Source of the DNA: Pseudonocardiales bacterium
GTDB taxonomy: Bacteria > Actinomycetota > Actinomycetes > Mycobacteriales > Pseudonocardiaceae
Reading direction: 5' to 3'
DNA length: 64,000 nt
Assembly: GCA_019244165.1 (NCBI GenBank)
Contig: JAFATA010000012.1
Span: 22,912-86,911, forward strand
Below, one piece after another: positions 9,711 to 18,783 of this stretch (the stretch's first letter is position 1; each line of letters opens with the position of its first letter). The position numbers and the translations under genes were made by a program. The notes under the pieces were generated by a model that saw nothing but the letters and a program-made list of their open reading frames with translations, did not search any database and was not told where the DNA came from.

Positions 9711-10025
9711 TCAGTTGCGCAGCGCCTGGCTGATCGGCGAGTAGCTCTGGTGCTCGGCCCCGTCGTTCTGCGCGCAGGTGGCCCCGGATTCCAGGATCCG
9801 CTCACCGATACTGGTGAGCGCCTCGCTGAGCTTGCCTGCGTCGGCTTGCCACCGCTGCATCAGTATCTGGAACGCGATCGCGGCCTGCCCTTGCCACGCC
9901 CTTGACAACGGCTCCAGCTGGTTGTACAGACGCGAAAGCTGAGCCTGCACGTTCTCGTTCACGGTGGCGACGTGCTGGGCCGCTGCCTGCGTCTGTTCGA
10001 ACTGGGCACCGAACTGCTGCGCCAT
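9711..10025 (-). CDS. WXG100-family (Esx) protein
   Basis: ATG at 10025 (MAQQFGAQFEQTQAAAQHV...) preceded by GGAGG. The WxG motif is in ...LSRAWQGQAAIAF.... It directly abuts the downstream esx gene. Confidence 0.8.
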   Translation of the reverse strand: MAQQFGAQFEQTQAAAQHVATVNENVQAQLSRLYNQLEPLSRAWQGQAAIAFQILMQRWQADAGKLSEALTSIGERILESGATCAQNDGAEHQSYSPISQALRN

Positions 10026-10162
10026 CTGCGGTGGCCTCCTTGACGTGATCGGGCGGGGTGGGACGACCGGCAACAACGTCGGGTGGGCCGGCGGAGCTCC
10101 GCTGGCCCACCCGATCATCTGTCGTTGTCCGGGACCTCCAGGGGGCGCAGGATAGCGGGTCC

Positions 10163-10366
10163 TTATCGGACACTGAGGAAGCGGGAAGAACTGTACTGCT
10201 CCGGCTTTACGTCCTGGGCGGCGTTGAGTTCATTGAATTGTCGGACGAGCCTGGCAAGGCGTTGATACCGCCGGTCGATGCGCATGGTGTGCAGACCGGA
10301 CCCGACCAATACGCCGACGCAGAACGCCGCCGCCAGCCCGACCATGATGAAGAGGATGATGTTCAC
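10163..10366 (-). CDS. small membrane protein (one N-terminal TM helix), hypothetical
   Basis: 67-aa ORF: MNIILFIMVGLAAAFCVGVLVGSGL then a charged tail. It is co-directional with and just upstream of the esx pair. It has no clear SD sequence. Confidence 0.45.
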   Translation of the reverse strand: MNIILFIMVGLAAAFCVGVLVGSGLHTMRIDRRYQRLARLVRQFNELNAAQDVKPEQYSSSRFLSVR

Positions 10367-10484
10367 ACTGTCAGGCTGCCGAGGCTAGGGCACCGGCGAA
10401 AATTTTTCGGGCGGAGTGGGACCGACTCGGACCGAGTCGGCCGATCAACGGAGAGCCGACCGGATCTGACGCATACTTGGACCT

Positions 10485-13040
10485 GTGGAGGACACTGAGT
10501 TCGAGTCCGTCCCTGCGGAGGTTACGCGCCTGTGGAACTGTGTCAAGGAGGCGCTGGTAGCGAATGATGATCCTTCGCCCCGTCGCATCGACCGGATGGC
10601 CTCGGCTGCCGGCCTCGAGCTGGCCGGCAGCACGATCGCGGGGTGGTTCGAGACCTGGTCTGTCGTCCCGGCGTGGGAGAAGTTCGATGTTCTCATCAAG
10701 GCGTTAGCTGCCGAGCAGGACAAGGACTGGCGCTCGCTGCACAGCGCGGCGCTCACCGCCGACCGCAAGCGCAAACGGGAGGAACGTCGCCGCACGAAAC
10801 CGGGGCGGCAGGCTACCCCGGTGTCCGTCGAGCCCCTGGCCACGACTCGGCACTCTGATCTCCCGGCGTCGATGGATCTCCCGGCCTCGAGGCCCGACCC
10901 CGCCCTGGGGGCAATGCCCTGGGTCGTAGTGGCCCCAGTGGTAACCCCAGCCGAACACTCCCCCGCCGTGCCGCGACAGCTCCCGATGGACGTGGCCCAT
11001 TTCACCGGCCGAGATGCGGAGCTGGCGGCGCTGGACGCCCTGCTCATCCAGGACCCCACGGGCCGGCCTGCGGCCATGGTGATCGGGGTGATCGCCGGCA
11101 CCGCGGGAGTAGGCAAGACCGCCCTGGCGGTGCACTGGGCACACCGGGTCCGTGATCGCTTCCCGGACGGGCAGCTGTTCGTGAACCTGCACGGATACAG
11201 TCGCTGCCCGCCGATGGCCCCCGAGCAGGCCCTGGGCGAGTTCCTGCGGGCCCTGGGCGTGCCGGTGGAGCGAATTCCCGCCGGGTTGGGGGAAAGAGCC
11301 GCGCTGTACCGTTCCTTGCTCGATGGGCGGGCCGTCGTGGTTGTGCTGGACAACGCCCACACCGCTGAGCAAGTACGGCCGTTGCTGCCGGGCTCGGCCA
11401 CCTGCCGGGTCGTGGTGACATCCCGCAACCGCCTGTCCGGCCTCAGCGCCCATGACGGTGCCAGCCGGGTCACCATGGACCTGCTGCCCCCTGCTGAGGC
11501 GATCACGTTACTGCGCGGTGTCATCGGCACCCCCCGGGTGGCGGCCGAGCCCGAAGCGACCGCCGCGCTGGCCAGCCGGTGCGCGTACCTGCCGCTGGCG
11601 TTGCGGATTGCGGCCGAGCGTGCCGCCACGCATCCTCACGTCACGCTGGCTGACTTGGCGGACGAGCTGGCGGTGGTGCACGACCGCCTGGACTTGCTCG
11701 CCACCGCGGAGCAGGAAGACGAAGCCACCGCGGTGCGTGCGGCGTTCTCGTGGTCTTACCGAGCGCTAACGCCGGAGACGGCGCGCGCGTTCCGCTTGCT
11801 GGGCCTGCACGCCGGAGCAGACCTCAGCGCCCCGGCCGCCGCCGCGCTCACCGACACCACTCCCGCTCAGGTACGACGGCTGCTGGAGACCTTGGTCAGT
11901 GCGCACCTGATCGAGGAGACCGGCAAAGACCGGTACCGGCTGCACGACCTGCTGCGGGTTTATGCCGCAGAGCGCGCCCAGGCGGAGGAGACCGACCACG
12001 ACTGCGCCGCTGCCGTGCGGCGAGTGCTCACCTGGTACCTGCATACCGGGGATGCCGCCGACCGGATGCTCAACCCGCACCGCCGCCGTGTCCCCCTCGG
12101 CCACCCGGAACTGCCCGGCACGCCGCTGGAGTTCACGGCCTATGGCCAGGCCCTCGACTGGTGCGAGACCGAACGGGCGAACCTGGTGGCAGCCGTTCCC
12201 CACGCCGCCGAGACCGGCGAGCACGTCATCGCCTGGAAGCTCCCCCTTGCCCTATGGGGCTTCTTCACCCTGCGCGACCACTGGGCCGCCCTGATTGCCA
12301 CCCACCGCATTGGCCTCACCGCCGCGCAACACCTTCATGATCGGGAGGGTGAAGCCTGGAGCCGGGGCGGCCTCGGGATGGCCTATCTTGTTCTCCGACG
12401 CTACGACGAAGCCCTCCACCACTACCAACGCGCCCTGCAGATCTGCCAGGACATCGACGACTCCTGGGGCGAGGCGGTCGCCCTGCTCAGCCTCGGTAAG
12501 GCCTATCTCCACCTCGGGAGATACGACGAGGCCCTCGATTACTCACAGCAAGCGCTGCGCATCTGCCAGGACATCGACGACCCCTGGAGCCAGACTTTCG
12601 CGCTGCTCAACATCGGCACCATCCATCGCAGACTGCACCATTTCGACGATGCCCTCGACTGTTTTCAGCGTACCCTGACCTCCGTCCGGTCCATCTGTCA
12701 CCAATCAGGCGAAGCGATGACACTGCATAATCTTGGTGACACCTACCGGGATCTTCGGCGGTTCGAGGACGCTCTTGAATATTTCCGGCAAGCCTGTAGC
12801 GCCTATCGCGAGATCGGCGACCGGTGTGGTGAGGCGGAAACTCTCCGCGACATCGGCGATGCCCTCCAGAAACTCGACCAAACGCCCGCGGCGGTCGAGT
12901 ACTGGAATTTGGCGCTGCCCATCTTCGAAGATCTTAACGACTCGGTGACTGCAGCAAAGATTCGCGCCAGCATAGAAATTCTCGATTCCGCCGAACCGCC
13001 CACCGGAGACACCGGGGACGGGCTATGGGACCTCGGCTGA
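10485..13040 (+). CDS. STAND NTPase: N-terminal HTH-like region, NB-ARC P-loop domain, C-terminal TPR repeats
   Basis: 851 aa. Walker A is GIAGTAGVGKTALAV and a Walker-B-like segment is AVVVVLDNA. The C-terminus has six or more TPR units of the type ...GEAxxLxxLGxxYxxLxRYDEALxxxQxAL.... Confidence 0.85.
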   Translation: MEDTEFESVPAEVTRLWNCVKEALVANDDPSPRRIDRMASAAGLELAGSTIAGWFETWSVVPAWEKFDVLIKALAAEQDKDWRSLHSAALTADRKRKREERRRTKPGRQATPVSVEPLATTRHSDLPASMDLPASRPDPALGAMPWVVVAPVVTPAEHSPAVPRQLPMDVAHFTGRDAELAALDALLIQDPTGRPAAMVIGVIAGTAGVGKTALAVHWAHRVRDRFPDGQLFVNLHGYSRCPPMAPEQALGEFLRALGVPVERIPAGLGERAALYRSLLDGRAVVVVLDNAHTAEQVRPLLPGSATCRVVVTSRNRLSGLSAHDGASRVTMDLLPPAEAITLLRGVIGTPRVAAEPEATAALASRCAYLPLALRIAAERAATHPHVTLADLADELAVVHDRLDLLATAEQEDEATAVRAAFSWSYRALTPETARAFRLLGLHAGADLSAPAAAALTDTTPAQVRRLLETLVSAHLIEETGKDRYRLHDLLRVYAAERAQAEETDHDCAAAVRRVLTWYLHTGDAADRMLNPHRRRVPLGHPELPGTPLEFTAYGQALDWCETERANLVAAVPHAAETGEHVIAWKLPLALWGFFTLRDHWAALIATHRIGLTAAQHLHDREGEAWSRGGLGMAYLVLRRYDEALHHYQRALQICQDIDDSWGEAVALLSLGKAYLHLGRYDEALDYSQQALRICQDIDDPWSQTFALLNIGTIHRRLHHFDDALDCFQRTLTSVRSICHQSGEAMTLHNLGDTYRDLRRFEDALEYFRQACSAYREIGDRCGEAETLRDIGDALQKLDQTPAAVEYWNLALPIFEDLNDSVTAAKIRASIEILDSAEPPTGDTGDGLWDLG

Positions 13041-13916
13041 GGCTGCGGCTGCGTCGGCTTGGGCGGGTGCGGGCGCTGGTTGCGGCGGCATGCGCAGGAG
13101 GATCAGGATGATCAATGCGACGATCGGTGCGCAGATCAGGAGCAGGGGCGGCGCCTGCAGCATCACCAGCGCGGAGACGAGCAGGACGATGGTGATCGTT
13201 GGCCGGATGAGAACTCCGATGCTGCGAGTGGAGAATCGGGCGCCAAGGTAGACGCCGGGCAGCGCACCGAGCAGCAGGGAGCTGGTCAGGGCCAGATGGA
13301 CATCGCCGTAGTGCAGGTGAGCGACCGTGGCGGCGGCCACCAGCGGGACCGCTTGCACGATGTCGGTGCCGATGAGCTGGGCGGCCTGTAGCTCGGGGTA
13401 GACGACCAGCAGTGACGCGACGATCAGCGAGCCAGCGCCGACAGAGGTCATGCCGACGGCGAAACCGCCGATCGCCCCGATCATCATCGTAGGCAGCGGG
13501 CGGACCTCTGGCTGCCGGCGAGGATGCTCACTCTGGCGGCGGTCGAGAACCTGACGCAGGAGCGTCATCCCCACCGAGAGGCACAAGGTGATGCCGATGA
13601 ACAGCTTCAGCGCGTTCTCCATGCCCGGGGTGTGCCCGACCACACCGATGACCATCGCGCCGACGAGCGCCGCTGGCATCGAGCCGACCGCCAGCCAGCG
13701 CACAATTCCCCAGTGGACAGTGCGCTGTTGCATGTGCACGGCGGCGCCGAGGGGCTTCATGACCAGCGCGACGAGCAGGCCACTGGAGACTGCGGTCAGC
13801 GGTGAGACCTGGAAAAACAGCACCAGCATCGGTATGAGCAGTGCGCCACCGCTCATACCGATGAGACCGACCAGGACACCGATGAGCAGGCCCGTACTAA
13901 TAAGACCGATATCCAT
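13023..13916 (-). CDS. sulfite exporter TauE/SafE family membrane protein
   Basis: Polytopic membrane ORF with ...LIGVLVGLIGMSGGALLIPMLVLF... and an internal duplication typical of TauE. ATG at 13916 (MDIGLIS...); the track start is 13973. It overlaps the 3' end of the STAND gene convergently. Confidence 0.85.
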   Translation of the reverse strand: MDIGLISTGLLIGVLVGLIGMSGGALLIPMLVLFFQVSPLTAVSSGLLVALVMKPLGAAVHMQQRTVHWGIVRWLAVGSMPAALVGAMVIGVVGHTPGMENALKLFIGITLCLSVGMTLLRQVLDRRQSEHPRRQPEVRPLPTMMIGAIGGFAVGMTSVGAGSLIVASLLVVYPELQAAQLIGTDIVQAVPLVAAATVAHLHYGDVHLALTSSLLLGALPGVYLGARFSTRSIGVLIRPTITIVLLVSALVMLQAPPLLLICAPIVALIILILLRMPPQPAPAPAQADAAAASAEVP

Positions 13917-14068
13917 AATCAAGAGCACCCACCCGCTTTCCCCTCCGACCAACCCAATGGCCGAGGCCGACACGACGTGACAGGCATGGCCTGTTGATGA
14001 CGAGTCAAGTCCCCCAGTACTGCATAAAGATCAGTGCCGCATAAGGGCTGACGTGGCTCGAAGCACTC

Positions 14069-14098
14069 AATCAACCAAAGATAGATCAACCAAAGATA
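14069..14098. repeat. 2 x 15-bp tandem direct repeat in an AT-rich intergenic region
   Basis: aatcaaccaaagata / gatcaaccaaagata. A second pair, cgtaggtgagcggt x2, lies at about 14193-14220. Confidence 0.5.
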
Positions 14099-14363
14099 GC
14101 CCCATAGAATCATACAAATAAAGATGTGGCTCTTGAGGCCGAAGAGGCTCCTGCGGCTAGCGTGACGGTAGCTTCGGTAAGCGGTCGGTTGACGTAGGTG
14201 AGCGGTCGTAGGTGAGCGGTTGATCCGGTAGGTGGCTAGCGACCAGCGCTACCCTGACCATCCAGGGCTTGTGTCATGGGCATGCAACTTTTGCTTCCTA
14301 GCCTTACCGTCCACAGACAACGACACAGCGAGAGGATGAGCGGATGACTCACCGAGACCGCAC

Positions 14364-15281
14364 TTGCCGCCGGGAAACCGGGCTGGGCTTCGCCCCGGCA
14401 GGCGGGTTGTCGCGAGCCGACGCGTGGTGAGCAGCGCGGTGCCTCAGCGAGCCGGGCAACTCGTCGTCATCGGGGGTGCAGAGGACCACGCCGGCAGGGC
14501 CGTCATCCTGCGCCGGTTCCGCGACCTGTGCGGTGGTGAGCATGCCCGGATCGCCATCCTTGGGACCGCGACGATGATCCCCGCCGAGGTCGGTGAAGGC
14601 TATCTCAAGGCATTCCGGGCCCTCGGCGTCAAGGAGGTCGTGTTCCTGCCTCTGGCGTCCCGGGCAGCGGCGAGCTCGACCAAGACGATCGAGGTCCTCG
14701 AGGGAGTCGACGGAGTCTTCTTCACCGGGGGCTCTCAGCGGCGTATCACTGCCATCGTCGGAGGCTCGCGCGTGGACGCCTGGCTGCACCAGAAGCTGCA
14801 GCGGGGTTTGGTCATCGCCGGGACCAGCGCGGGCGCAGCGATGATGTCGAGCACCATGATCCTGGGTGACATCCTGGGTGACTCCGACACGATGCCCGCG
14901 ACATCAATCGTGTCACTCGGGCCTGGCCTGGGGTTCCTGCCGGGCGTGGTCATCGACATGCACATGACGGAGCGCCGGAGGCTGACTCGTCTGCTCGCCG
15001 CCGTAACCCGATTTCCCCACCACCTCGGGATCGGCATCGACGAGGACACCGCGCTGATCGTGGACGGCAACCGGTTCGAGGTCATCGGAGCCGGGACGGT
15101 CACGGTCATCGACGCTGGCGACGCGACCTCGATGAGCGGCCCGAACGGCGAGCGGCCCATCGCGCTGACGGGCATGCTCATTCACGTCCTGGCAGCCGGG
15201 TATGCGTTCAACCTCACCACCCGGTCGGTAGAGATCACCACAGGACCCGAGGCGGCACGAGGGTTGTCCCGGGCCTCGTAA
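14364..15281 (+). CDS. cphE: cyanophycinase (peptidase S51)
   Basis: It contains ...LVVIGGAEDHAG...ILGTAT...VFFTGGSQRRI...VIAGTSAGAAMMS... (Ser nucleophile context GTSAGA), typical of CphE. Confidence 0.85.
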   Translation: MPPGNRAGLRPGRRVVASRRVVSSAVPQRAGQLVVIGGAEDHAGRAVILRRFRDLCGGEHARIAILGTATMIPAEVGEGYLKAFRALGVKEVVFLPLASRAAASSTKTIEVLEGVDGVFFTGGSQRRITAIVGGSRVDAWLHQKLQRGLVIAGTSAGAAMMSSTMILGDILGDSDTMPATSIVSLGPGLGFLPGVVIDMHMTERRRLTRLLAAVTRFPHHLGIGIDEDTALIVDGNRFEVIGAGTVTVIDAGDATSMSGPNGERPIALTGMLIHVLAAGYAFNLTTRSVEITTGPEAARGLSRAS

Positions 15282-15342
15282 GGGACTCGTCAAGAACCCC
15301 AGGGTCAAGAGACCCAGTGGCGTTACCTTGTGAGCGAGCGCC

Positions 15343-15594
15343 ATGGCCGCCGAGGCGGCAGCGTGGGGCCGTGGCGGAATCAGCGCGGTGCATCGAGCCA
15401 CTGGCGCGTCGCGGACAACGATTCGACGCGGTATGGCCGAACTCGCCGACACCGAGTCGACCCAGTCCGCTCACCGAGTCCGGGCGCCGGGCGCTGGCCG
15501 CAAGAAAGCCAAGGTCGCCGAACTCGGCGGGGCCGTGATCGAGGTCAACGCCGAACCTGGCTTCCGCATGCACCTCGCTCGCTGGCGAAGGTGA
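15343..15594 (+). mobile_element. fragment of an ISAzo13-family transposase N-terminus (IS remnant)
   Basis: ...WGRGGISAVHRATGASRTTIRRGMAEL...HRVRAPGAGRKK... matches my memory of the HTH N-terminus of ISAzo13-type transposases. Only about 60 of about 480 aa are present, and I saw no inverted repeats. Confidence 0.5.
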
Positions 15595-15649
15595 ACGGCG
15601 CGACGCCGCCGGTCCACTGCTCGATTTGCTCTTCCCGCCAGGTGCGCCC

Positions 15650-15861
15650 AGCCGCATCCCCATCGTGGCCGTGACCGGGACCAACGGTAAGACGACAACC
15701 GTGCGGATGATCTCCCACATCCTCCGCGGGACGGGCAGGATGGGGGATGACCTCGACGGACGGTATCTACGTCGACAACCGCCTGATCCTCAAGGCCGAC
15801 GCGTCGGGGCCGAAGTCGGCTCGGATGGTCCTGGCGCACCCGCGGGTTGAGCTGGCGGTGA
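15650..15861 (+). pseudogene. cphA: cyanophycin synthetase fragment (Mur-ligase P-loop region only, frameshifted)
   Basis: RIPIVAVTGTNGKTTTVRMISHILRGTGRMG in one frame continues as MTSTDGIYVDNRLILKADASGPKSARMVLAHPRVELAV in another. This is about 75 aa of an enzyme of about 900 aa, bounded by the IS remnant and by the Uma2 gene. Confidence 0.6.
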
Positions 15862-15871
15862 TTTGTAGTTA

Positions 15872-16468
15872 TCACCCTGGTGGGTGGGTGGCGGCGGCGA
15901 GCTGGGCAAAGTCAAGATCTACCTTGAACGGCTCAGCCAGACACAGGACCTGGCCCGACTCGGAGGAGGTGACCTTGACGTAGTGCCCCCGGTGCAATCG
16001 GTAGGCCGCCCCGCTCGGCTCCGGACCGCCCAGCTCGATCCGCAGGTAATGCTCGATGCCCGCAGCCGCGTACAGTTGCGGCTTGATCGCACGATCGGCC
16101 GCAACACTACCCGGGCTGACGACCTCGACGACCATCGCCACCTCAGCGGGATCCCAGACCGCCCGGTCGAGCCCGGGCCTGGTCACCACGACCAAATCGG
16201 GGATCAGGATCCGGCCCGGCGCCACCCGGACGTTGATAGCTTCCAGCACCTCCAGCCCGCTCGGTGCCGCCGTGCCTAGGGCATACCAAAGCTGGGATGA
16301 CAGCCGCTGGTGCCGGCTGCCGGCTGACGGGCTCATGAGCAGCCCACCGTCGAGCAGCTCGACGCGACGGTCCTCGGGCAGCGCAAGATAGTCCTGCTCC
16401 GTCCACGGCCCGACGCGGTCAAGCAGGACCGACTGGCCGGACTGGACAGGCTGGGCAGCCGATGACAC
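15872..16468 (-). CDS. Uma2-family (DUF820) putative endonuclease
   Basis: It contains ...WTEQDYLALPEDRRVELLDGGLLMSPSAGSRHQRLS...PDLVVV...VVEVVSPGS...DRAIKPQLYAAAGIEHYL..., the Uma2 PD-(D/E)xK-like pattern. Confidence 0.85.
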   Translation of the reverse strand: MSSAAQPVQSGQSVLLDRVGPWTEQDYLALPEDRRVELLDGGLLMSPSAGSRHQRLSSQLWYALGTAAPSGLEVLEAINVRVAPGRILIPDLVVVTRPGLDRAVWDPAEVAMVVEVVSPGSVAADRAIKPQLYAAAGIEHYLRIELGGPEPSGAAYRLHRGHYVKVTSSESGQVLCLAEPFKVDLDFAQLAAATHPPG

Positions 16469-16546
16469 CGACAGCTCACCTCCGTGCGTTCGAGGGCCAT
16501 CACCATGGTCGCATGCTGCCGGAGGACCCTGACAGTTTTCGCCGGC

Positions 16547-16801
16547 CTAGCCGGGCGGGTTCGCCAAGACGCGCAGGTAGCGGTTGCACTCGCGACAGCT
16601 GCCCGTCAGGCCGCGGGGGTTAAGGGCGAGGCCGATGACCGTGATCGTCTGGCCGCACCAGGAGCGGTGTCGGGAGCCCAGGGTGGGGAAGCTGGGCGCT
16701 GAGACCAGGTGCGAGACCGTGCCGCGGCCGGTGATTGCCCACCCCCAGTAGTACGCGCGGGAGCCCTCGGCGCTGCCGGTGCAGCGGGTCAGGTGGGTCA
16801 T
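16547..16801 (-). CDS. hypothetical 84-aa Cys-containing protein
   Basis: The ATG at 16801 is preceded by AAGGAG at optimal spacing. The sequence is MTHLTRCTGS...HRSWCGQ...GSCRECNRYL. I recognise no family. Confidence 0.5.
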   Translation of the reverse strand: MTHLTRCTGSAEGSRAYYWGWAITGRGTVSHLVSAPSFPTLGSRHRSWCGQTITVIGLALNPRGLTGSCRECNRYLRVLANPPG

Positions 16802-17287
16802 CGATGGGGCTCCTTGGCGGGGAGGCGGGCCGTGGTGGTGAGGCCCTGCGGTCAAACACTGTGGTCAGGCGCTGGCCCGCGCGATCCGGCGCTGCGAAGG
16901 ACTGAATCGCGCGGGCCAGCCGTGTCGGTGCACAGCGGGCACGCCGCGCACCTGAGGAGGTCACCTTGCGGTCAAGAGCACTGCGGGCGGGGAGTGACCA
17001 CCCGGTGCGCCGCACAGATGACCAGCCGAGCGGCTGGGGCGCGGGGAGACCGGTTGGGGTGGAAACCCAGTGAGCGGGGCCGACTCGGGGGCCGATCCCG
17101 CCCACCGGGCGGCTGGGGGTGTCCCGCCCTCACCCGGTGCGGGGCGACGGTTAGGATGGACATCCATCTTGTACTCCCTACGAACCACTTGGCTACCCGG
17201 ACGCTATAAAGTGGAAGTACAAGTTGTAAATGACCTCTTCGGGTGAACGCCGTCTCCACGCCACGACCGCACCGAAAGGATCCGCAG

Positions 17288-18184
17288 ATGACCACTCCGG
17301 CCACCGCGATCGGCATCCAGCGCCGCCAGCTCGGCAACGAGCTGCGCAGACTCCGCGAGGACGCCGGGCTCATCCAGGAGCAGGCCGCCGCGAGCCTGGG
17401 CAAGGCGGCGAACATGATCAGTCGGGTGGAGAACGGGAAGGTCGGCATCTCCAAGGCTGATCTCGACGAGCTGCTACGGCTCTACCAGGCCTCGGCGAAG
17501 GACGCGCTGTGGTGCCGGGAGCTGGCCACCGGCGCGCGGCGCCGGCGGACCCGGGCCAGCGCGGAGCCCACGCTGTACCTGGGGCCGAAGTGGTTCCGCG
17601 CGTTCCGCGACTTCGAGCAGGGCGCCTCACAGATCATGCAGGTTGCCTCGGAGATCGTGCCCGGCAACCTGCAGACCGAGAACTACACCCGGGCGATGGT
17701 CAGCGGCCGGGGCAGCTACCCGGACTACCAGACCGTTGAGGACACCGTGCGGGTGCGCCGCGAGCGGCAGGCGCTGCTGACCCGGGAGCACGCCGCGCAG
17801 TTCACCTTCGTGCTCAGCGAGTCCGCACTGCGCCGGGTGATCGGCGGCTCGAAGGTGATGGCCGAGCAGCTGCGCCACCTGGCCGAGCTGGCCCTGCTGC
17901 CCACGGTGGACATCCAGGTCATCCCGTTCGACACGCTGTCCTACGAGCCACTCAGCTACGCCTTCACCGTGCTGCGGTTCGATCACGACTCGGCCACCGA
18001 CATCGTCTACATCGAGATGTACGACAATGGGATCTACCTGGACAAACCACCCGAGGCAGTGCGCCGCTACGTCGAGCTGCAGCGCCGGCTGCAAGCGATC
18101 GCCCTGGGACCAGTGGAGTCGCGTAACTTCATGGTAGAACTGGCCGGCCAGTTCGCTGCGAAACCAGACGAAGATTGGGGCTAA
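17288..18184 (+). CDS. XRE-family HTH regulator with DUF5753-type C-terminal domain (WhiJ-like)
   Basis: ATG at 17288 after AAAGGA. The HTH is LGNELRRLREDAGLIQEQAAASLGKAANMISRVENGK. It is followed by two DUF397 genes, the usual partnership. Confidence 0.85.
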   Translation: MTTPATAIGIQRRQLGNELRRLREDAGLIQEQAAASLGKAANMISRVENGKVGISKADLDELLRLYQASAKDALWCRELATGARRRRTRASAEPTLYLGPKWFRAFRDFEQGASQIMQVASEIVPGNLQTENYTRAMVSGRGSYPDYQTVEDTVRVRRERQALLTREHAAQFTFVLSESALRRVIGGSKVMAEQLRHLAELALLPTVDIQVIPFDTLSYEPLSYAFTVLRFDHDSATDIVYIEMYDNGIYLDKPPEAVRRYVELQRRLQAIALGPVESRNFMVELAGQFAAKPDEDWG

Positions 18185-18188
18185 CCCC

Positions 18189-18401
18189 ATGTCACCCGCA
18201 TCATTCCAGGAAGGGGCCTGGTACACGTCCAGCTACAGCAACGGTGGGCAGAACGACTGCGTCGAGATCAACCACTCGCTTGCGGGTCAGGTAGGAGTGC
18301 GTGACTCCAAGCTCGGCACCACCAGCCCAGTGCTGGCCATGCCAGCGGCCCAGTGGGCCTGCCTGCTGACCGCAGTCCAGCACGGCACGCTGCCCGCCTG
18401 A
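18189..18401 (+). CDS. DUF397 domain protein (BldB-like), copy 1
   Basis: MSPASFQEGAWYTSSYSNGGQNDCVEINHSLAGQVGVRDSK... is the DUF397 signature (W.KSS.S....CVEV...VRDSK). Confidence 0.85.
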   Translation: MSPASFQEGAWYTSSYSNGGQNDCVEINHSLAGQVGVRDSKLGTTSPVLAMPAAQWACLLTAVQHGTLPA

Positions 18402-18441
18402 CCCCCGCCCCTCCCCCACCCGGGGTGGGTCCACCGCAATC

Positions 18442-18503
18442 GCCATTCGGAACCAAATAGCGGTCCCAGACCCCTCGCCGACCGCTATTTGGTTCCGAAT
18501 GGC
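18442..18503 (+). promoter_or_regulatory. perfect 24-bp inverted repeat with a 14-nt loop between the two DUF397 genes
   Basis: gccattcggaaccaaatagcggtc (18442-18465) pairs with gaccgctatttggttccgaatggc (18480-18503), an exact reverse complement. It is AT-richer than its surroundings and ends 15 nt before the ATG of copy 2. Confidence 0.6.
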
Positions 18504-18518
18504 AACGAGCGCAACCGC

Positions 18519-18731
18519 ATGTCACCTGCATCGTTCCAGGAGGGGGCCTGGTACACGTCCAGCTACACCACCGGCGGTCAGAACGACTGCGTCGAGGTCA
18601 ACTACTCGCTTGAGGATCAGGTGGGAGTGCGTGACTCCAAGCTCGGCACCACCAGCCCGGTGCTGACCACGCCAGCGGCCCAGTGGGTCTGCCTGCTCGC
18701 CGCGGTACAGGAGGGCGCTCTCGACGCCTGA
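18519..18731 (+). CDS. DUF397 domain protein, copy 2 (tandem paralogue)
   Basis: MSPASFQEGAWYTSSYTTGGQNDCVEVNYSLEDQVGVRDSK... is near-identical to copy 1 over most of its length. Confidence 0.85.
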   Translation: MSPASFQEGAWYTSSYTTGGQNDCVEVNYSLEDQVGVRDSKLGTTSPVLTTPAAQWVCLLAAVQEGALDA

Positions 18732-18783
18732 CCGGTAGGGACACCTCGCCATGCGGGACAAAACGGAGGACGCGTGTCTGTGT

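Noticed and set aside
10445-11629. 394-aa minus-strand ORF
   Set aside because: It is antisense to the NB-ARC gene, whose Walker motifs are unambiguous. The translation is Ser/Arg/Ala-rich junk.
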